Assembly (NCBI GenBank): GCA_934101175.1
Contig: CAKOQC010000001.1
Coordinates: 199,589 to 263,588 of the forward strand
Direction: 5' to 3'
Length of the DNA: 64,000 bases
Source: an uncultured Bacilli bacterium
GTDB taxonomy: Bacteria; Bacillota_I; Bacilli_A; RF39; UBA660
Part shown: piece by piece, positions 59,103 through 64,000 of the stretch
Position numbering within the stretch: position 1 is the first letter of the stretch
Layout: each line of letters begins with the position of its first letter
Made by a program: the position numbers and the translations under genes
Notes under the pieces: generated by a model
Database searches by the model: none
What the model was told of the DNA's origin: nothing
What the model saw: only the letters and a program-made list of their open reading frames with translations

Positions 59103-61082
59103 CTATTGTACTATCTTCTTAACATCCATAATGTCATTCTTAATCATCATATAATCTGTTGCTGTTATCTTTCCATCACGACTAACATCTGCACATACTT
59201 TCTCTAATTCATTAAGTTTCTTAACATCCATAATATCATTCTTAATCATTATATAATCTGTTGCTGTTATCTTTCCATCTCCATTAACATCTCCATATAT
59301 AATAATCGTATACCTCTTCTCTTCACGATCAGTCTTAATATTAATTACATCTCCAGAAGCAATAATACCATTCTTTTTTATCTTTCCATCTTTTGAAGAT
59401 GCTGTTACTACTGCTTTACTCTCTTTATCTGTAATACTCTTAATAATACTACTAATATCTGTTTCTAATTCATATCCATATATATAATTACCATCATTCT
59501 TAATATTTAATGTTCTAAGTATTTCACTTATATCTAAAGAAACATCTACATTTCTTGTTATATTTATTTTATAAGTTCTAGTACTTCCATTTTCTGCTGT
59601 AACTATTATTGGTATTTCTTGTTTTTCTCCCTTTAATGCTATACTACCAGTTCCACTAATAGTAGATCTATTAGATACTTTAGTAGCATCTATTACTATT
59701 GATGATGATGTTGTATCCAAGTTCAAATGAAATATTGTTTGATGTGTAGCACTCTCAAATAAGTAATTTCCATTAACAGATAAACTAGATAAATAATTAT
59801 TTGGGTTTCCTTTACTAGGTAAGCTTGTACTACTAGGCATATCTTTAAATACTGGTATTATAAAAGTAAATCCACTATTAATTAAATTAACATTATTATA
59901 ACTTGCATATGTCTTATAAGATTCACTTGCAGGAGCCTGTATATTTTGCATATATTGGTGTCTTCCATACATTGGTCCAAACAAATCCCACTTCTGTAAA
60001 TATAATGTATTTTGTCCTTGATCTATATAATCATTAACTAAAAATTTAGCTCCTCCTACTACTGCTTTATAAGGTGTCGACCAATCTTGTTCTTTAGCAT
60101 AAGCTAGTCCATTACGTATAGTCTCATCATTTGTATTACCAAAAGCTTTAATATTATAGAAATTATAATATCCTTCATAACCAGATACACTACCACTAAC
60201 AATAGTACTACCATTTGCTCCTACTTCCTGAATAACTCTAGATACTAATAAGAATGGATTGACATTATATGTCTTAGCTCCCTCTATAAAGGCATCAGCA
60301 TAACTTAACTTATTCTCCTCATCAGCCATCTTACCATCCATAAAAGTCCCTTTAAGAGCTAATTCTACTCCTTCTTTAGTATGATAATTCTCATTAAAAG
60401 TTAATGGTTCAAACATAAATATCTGTTGATCATTTAAGAAGTTTCTTGGATCTAAATAATATCCTATTACTTGCTTATTAGCAGCATACCATCTATATCC
60501 TCCACCTTCATAATTATTTCTAAATACATTATTTAAATAATTATAAGCCCAACTATCAGTAGATTTATATCCATCATAATCACTACCATAGTCTTCAATT
60601 AAACTCCATCCTTGTGAATACCCATCATATTCAAGAGATATCATCTTATCAAAAGTAATATCTACATTCATTACTTGAAATTTCCATTCAGGATGTCTTT
60701 TATGTAATTCTAATAAATAAGGTATATAACTATCAGGAAATCCTAATTTATTTAAATATTCTTTATATTCATTATCATCTATTTTAGTACTATCATCTAA
60801 TTTTAATATAGCAAAATCACTACATATATATCCTTTAGTACCATTATATTCTGCCTTATACCAAGGCCCACTACATCCTAGTCCACTCTTACTTTCTATA
60901 TAAGTAAGTTCATCTCCTTTATTAAGTTCTGTAATTATTCCACTATCTGTAGTACTATCGGTTCTAAATCTAACACTATATCCATTTATTATAACTTTAC
61001 TACTAGCGTATACTTGAATAGAAAAACAGCAAAATGCTATCAAAAATATTCCAATATATGACATTTTTCTCATTCTATACAC
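59103..61082 (-). CDS. SH3-like + GH73 glucosaminidase (autolysin-type) + cadherin-like domain + C-terminal dockerin
   Basis: Signal peptide. 'YSVRFRTDSTTDSGII...GDELTY' is SH3b-like. 'YADAFIEGAKTYNVNPFLLVSRVIQEVG' is the GH73 glucosaminidase core. The C-terminus carries two 'DVNGDGKITATDY..IKNDIMDV' Ca-binding dockerin repeats. Confidence 0.65.
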   Translation of the reverse strand: MYRMRKMSYIGIFLIAFCCFSIQVYASSKVIINGYSVRFRTDSTTDSGIITELNKGDELTYIESKSGLGCSGPWYKAEYNGTKGYICSDFAILKLDDSTKIDDNEYKEYLNKLGFPDSYIPYLLELHKRHPEWKFQVMNVDITFDKMISLEYDGYSQGWSLIEDYGSDYDGYKSTDSWAYNYLNNVFRNNYEGGGYRWYAANKQVIGYYLDPRNFLNDQQIFMFEPLTFNENYHTKEGVELALKGTFMDGKMADEENKLSYADAFIEGAKTYNVNPFLLVSRVIQEVGANGSTIVSGSVSGYEGYYNFYNIKAFGNTNDETIRNGLAYAKEQDWSTPYKAVVGGAKFLVNDYIDQGQNTLYLQKWDLFGPMYGRHQYMQNIQAPASESYKTYASYNNVNLINSGFTFIIPVFKDMPSSTSLPSKGNPNNYLSSLSVNGNYLFESATHQTIFHLNLDTTSSSIVIDATKVSNRSTISGTGSIALKGEKQEIPIIVTAENGSTRTYKINITRNVDVSLDISEILRTLNIKNDGNYIYGYELETDISSIIKSITDKESKAVVTASSKDGKIKKNGIIASGDVINIKTDREEKRYTIIIYGDVNGDGKITATDYIMIKNDIMDVKKLNELEKVCADVSRDGKITATDYMMIKNDIMDVKKIVQ

Positions 61083-61222
61083 CTACTTCCTATTATTAAA
61101 TAATTATATCAAAAAATATTATATTTTACCACCCTTATTTATCACTTTACACATAAAAAATCTATAAGCCTCTTTTTAATATAACTCATATAGAGTTTCT
61201 ATTAATAAATTTCTTATAGATT

Positions 61223-63220
61223 TTAATTATTAACCCCATGTCTTATCATATAAGTATCATTTTCTATTTTCTTAAAAGTATATCCATTATTTTTACCATA
61301 TCTTATAATATCTCTAATAGCATCTTTTGTCTGATATTTAATATCATGCATTAAAACCATATTAGCTCTATTATAAGATAAATGATTTACTACATTATTA
61401 TATACTTGACTACTACTATAGGCATGTCCTGCATCATCAGCATCTACATTCCAATCATAGTATCTATATCCTTTTTCTATAACCATATTAGTAAGTTGGC
61501 TCATAATTCCATATTGATAACTTCTACTAATAGTATTACTACTTCCTCCTGGAAAACGTATTATCTTACTATCATATCCTGTAATATTTTTAACTCTATT
61601 TCTAACTTTTTCTAAATCATTAAAGTAATTATCTACTGATGAATATACGTAAGAATAATTATGACTAGCTGTATGAAGTGCTACTGTATGTCCTTCATCA
61701 TACATTCTCTTAATAAGATAATCTGGTCCATTACAAGTAACAAAGAATGTTGCTTTAACTCCTTCTTCTTTTAATACATCTAATATATATCCTGTTGTAT
61801 CTTCACTAGGTCCATCATCAAAAGTTAAATATATTTCTCCATTATGTATATATCCATTATTTGAAGGAATACTACTATTCTTTCTAATAACTTTTCTAGT
61901 AATTACACTTTTATTATTAGAACTATCTACTACTGTATAATTAATTGTATATTCTCCTATATCATCTAATACTTCTCCTGATACCACTACTTTATCTGTT
62001 ATATCTCCATCACAGTTATCTTCTGCACTATATCCTGGTTCTTGATATTTAGTATTACCATATAAATATATTACACTATCACCCTTTAAATTAATAACTG
62101 GTTTATCTTCATCTATTCTAATTAGTTTAACTTTTAATATATCTTCATTTAAAGAACTATCTTTAACTTTAAACGTTACATAATCTTTATCTTCCATAAC
62201 TATTACACTACTAGTTATATCTCCATCATATTCATCATATGAATAATATTCTATTTCCTCAAGATTATCTAAAGGACATATCTTAATAGGATTATTATCT
62301 ACTCTAATTATTGGTTTATCTTTATCTATTATATTTACTTTTCTTATTTTCTTTATATTAAAGAATAAATATTTTATTGAATATTCAACTTGATATTCTC
62401 CTACTTTATGTTCTTCTATATTATTATTTATATTTACTTCTTTATTATAGTCTTTTCCTATATTTTTAACTATATATCCATCTTCTTTATATTCATCTTT
62501 ATAGCTAAGATTTATTTCTTTATCTCCTATTAGTTTTATTTTAGGTATACTTAAGTAGCTTAATATTATTAGTAGTAATAATATACTACTAATAATAATT
62601 GTTAGTATATTATTTTTCTTTTTATTTATATTTATATCTATATCATTATCTTCAAAATCTTCATAATTATATTTATCATTAATAGTTAAGTTTCTAGTTT
62701 GTTTATTTTTTAAGTATTCTGCAACTTCTTCTCTTTTTACTACAGGTATCTCTCTAGTTAATTCTTCTTTTATATTATTTTCTTCTATTAATGCATCTTC
62801 TTGTTCTAAGATAATATTTTCTTTATCTAAAGTAATATTCTCTTTATTATCTTCTTCTACTTTATTATCTTCTATTTTCTCTTCTTTAGTAATATCTTTA
62901 TTTAATATATTATTATTTACTATTTCTTTATTATTATTTTGTTTTTTCTTCTTCTTTTTCTTTTTAGTATTACTACTAACATTCTTATTATTTTCTTCTA
63001 CCTTTTTATTATCATTACCCTCATTTATTTTATTATCTTTCTTATCAGATATTATTTCATTATTCTTATGTTCTTCTTTATCTATATTAATACTTTGTGT
63101 CTTATCATTAATATTCTGTTTATTATTATTTTTATTACTATTCTGTTTATTGTTACTATTATTCTTAATATTATTATTTTGTTTATTAATATTTTTATTC
63201 TCTTTACTTTCTACTTCCAT
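61223..63220 (-). CDS. NodB-domain (CE4) polysaccharide deacetylase with N/K-rich low-complexity N-terminus and a TM anchor
   Basis: 'IYLTFDDGPSEDTTGYILDVLKEEGVKATFFV' NodB motifs 1 and 2, plus 'H..SH' motifs later. N-terminal 200 aa is low-complexity (N, K, E) and includes a K10 run; one TM helix. Confidence 0.7.
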   Translation of the reverse strand: MEVESKENKNINKQNNNIKNNSNNKQNSNKNNNKQNINDKTQSINIDKEEHKNNEIISDKKDNKINEGNDNKKVEENNKNVSSNTKKKKKKKKQNNNKEIVNNNILNKDITKEEKIEDNKVEEDNKENITLDKENIILEQEDALIEENNIKEELTREIPVVKREEVAEYLKNKQTRNLTINDKYNYEDFEDNDIDININKKKNNILTIIISSILLLLIILSYLSIPKIKLIGDKEINLSYKDEYKEDGYIVKNIGKDYNKEVNINNNIEEHKVGEYQVEYSIKYLFFNIKKIRKVNIIDKDKPIIRVDNNPIKICPLDNLEEIEYYSYDEYDGDITSSVIVMEDKDYVTFKVKDSSLNEDILKVKLIRIDEDKPVINLKGDSVIYLYGNTKYQEPGYSAEDNCDGDITDKVVVSGEVLDDIGEYTINYTVVDSSNNKSVITRKVIRKNSSIPSNNGYIHNGEIYLTFDDGPSEDTTGYILDVLKEEGVKATFFVTCNGPDYLIKRMYDEGHTVALHTASHNYSYVYSSVDNYFNDLEKVRNRVKNITGYDSKIIRFPGGSSNTISRSYQYGIMSQLTNMVIEKGYRYYDWNVDADDAGHAYSSSQVYNNVVNHLSYNRANMVLMHDIKYQTKDAIRDIIRYGKNNGYTFKKIENDTYMIRHGVNN

Positions 63221-63420
63221 TACTTTCTACTACCCTTTTAATAATTATTTTCTATTTTTAAACATATTTAATGTTCTTATTTTCTTATATTTTGTATTAA
63301 TTTCTCCCCAGTTATCTAGACCATCACTCCCTATATTATATTTTAACAAATATTATTCTTAAAAGCTATAAAATATCATTTATTTTTTATAATTTACTTT
63401 ATATATGTTAAGAGAAAGTA

Positions 63421-63942
63421 TTATTTCATACTTTCTCTATCTTTTAAGAATTCTAAACTATTAACTTTTTTATATTTAGTATTTTCTATTCCAAAGCCAT
63501 CTTTATTATCATTATTTTTATTAAAGAATATTGATATTCCTCCTGCTTCATTCCATTCATCTAAGTTAAATAATAAATCATCTATTAGTATATTTCCTTT
63601 TACTGGTACTATATCTATCTTCTTAAGGTCATATGGTACTAATATAATAGGACATTTTACTCCTAATTCTCTTAAGAATTTAACTTTATTACTTCCTTCA
63701 TTAGTAAGTGAATGAACTCTTGTTAAAATACTAACTTTATTTATATCTAAGCTTTTAATAATATCTATTGAGTTATTAATAATTAAGCTTTCTTTTAATA
63801 CTTTATTCCAATCTTTATTTTTTACATGTAATATATCATCTATAAATTCTCCATTAGCATCTGTTTTTTGATAATCTCCAAATACTGCTTGGTATGTATC
63901 CATAATTACATCATCAAAATCTATATATGTCATACAGTTCAC
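63421..63942 (-). CDS. HAD-superfamily 5'(3')-deoxyribonucleotidase-like protein
   Basis: 'YIDFDDVIMDT' HAD motif I (DxDxV); ~173 aa, similar in size to YorS/NT5C-type nucleotidases. Confidence 0.45.
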   Translation of the reverse strand: MNCMTYIDFDDVIMDTYQAVFGDYQKTDANGEFIDDILHVKNKDWNKVLKESLIINNSIDIIKSLDINKVSILTRVHSLTNEGSNKVKFLRELGVKCPIILVPYDLKKIDIVPVKGNILIDDLLFNLDEWNEAGGISIFFNKNNDNKDGFGIENTKYKKVNSLEFLKDRESMK

Positions 63943-64000
63943 CTAATCTCTTTCTTTATTGATATTCATATCACTTAGTTTAACTGATACTTTTTTAGAT

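Overview
This is a very AT-rich chromosomal segment that uses the standard genetic code: TAA and TAG terminate every conserved gene and no TGA-Trp usage is evident. It most likely comes from a low-GC Firmicute with Clostridia-like features: a GerQ-like spore-coat gene, dockerin, Listeria-Bacteroides repeats, FemAB, sortase B and several T-box, Nudix and PHP genes. It holds roughly 55 protein genes and no rRNA, tRNA or CRISPR.

Positions 1-35,000 and 47,000-56,500 are mostly housekeeping. They include tmcAL, a FemAB-family transferase, nrdD and nrdG, a T-box-controlled CYTH-ileS operon, a GyrB/ParE-type topoisomerase subunit, rarA, a PduL-like acyltransferase, lemA, ppdK, tdk, a Xer-type recombinase, an ABC transporter, rnc, gpmI, lepA and tsaE-tsaB-rimI-tsaD.

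Positions 35,400-46,600 and 56,500-63,300 are cell-envelope and accessory regions. They carry an 8.9-kb gene for a 2957-aa glycine-rich repeat-rich surface protein with long near-identical intragenic repeats. Its neighbours are a LysM-bearing lipoprotein, a transglutaminase-like protein, a class B sortase, a cadherin-like surface protein, an SH3-GH73 glucosaminidase that ends in a dockerin, and a NodB polysaccharide deacetylase.

The most unusual items are:
- an nrdD whose glycyl-radical loop is encoded by a separate 57-aa ORF, with a degenerate loop-like tail on the large subunit;
- a roughly 600-aa sigma-70 family gene interrupted by one in-frame TAA;
- decayed RhuM-like and Nudix gene fragments;
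- a topoisomerase B subunit with no adjacent A subunit;
- an ABC exporter membrane domain with no ATPase.
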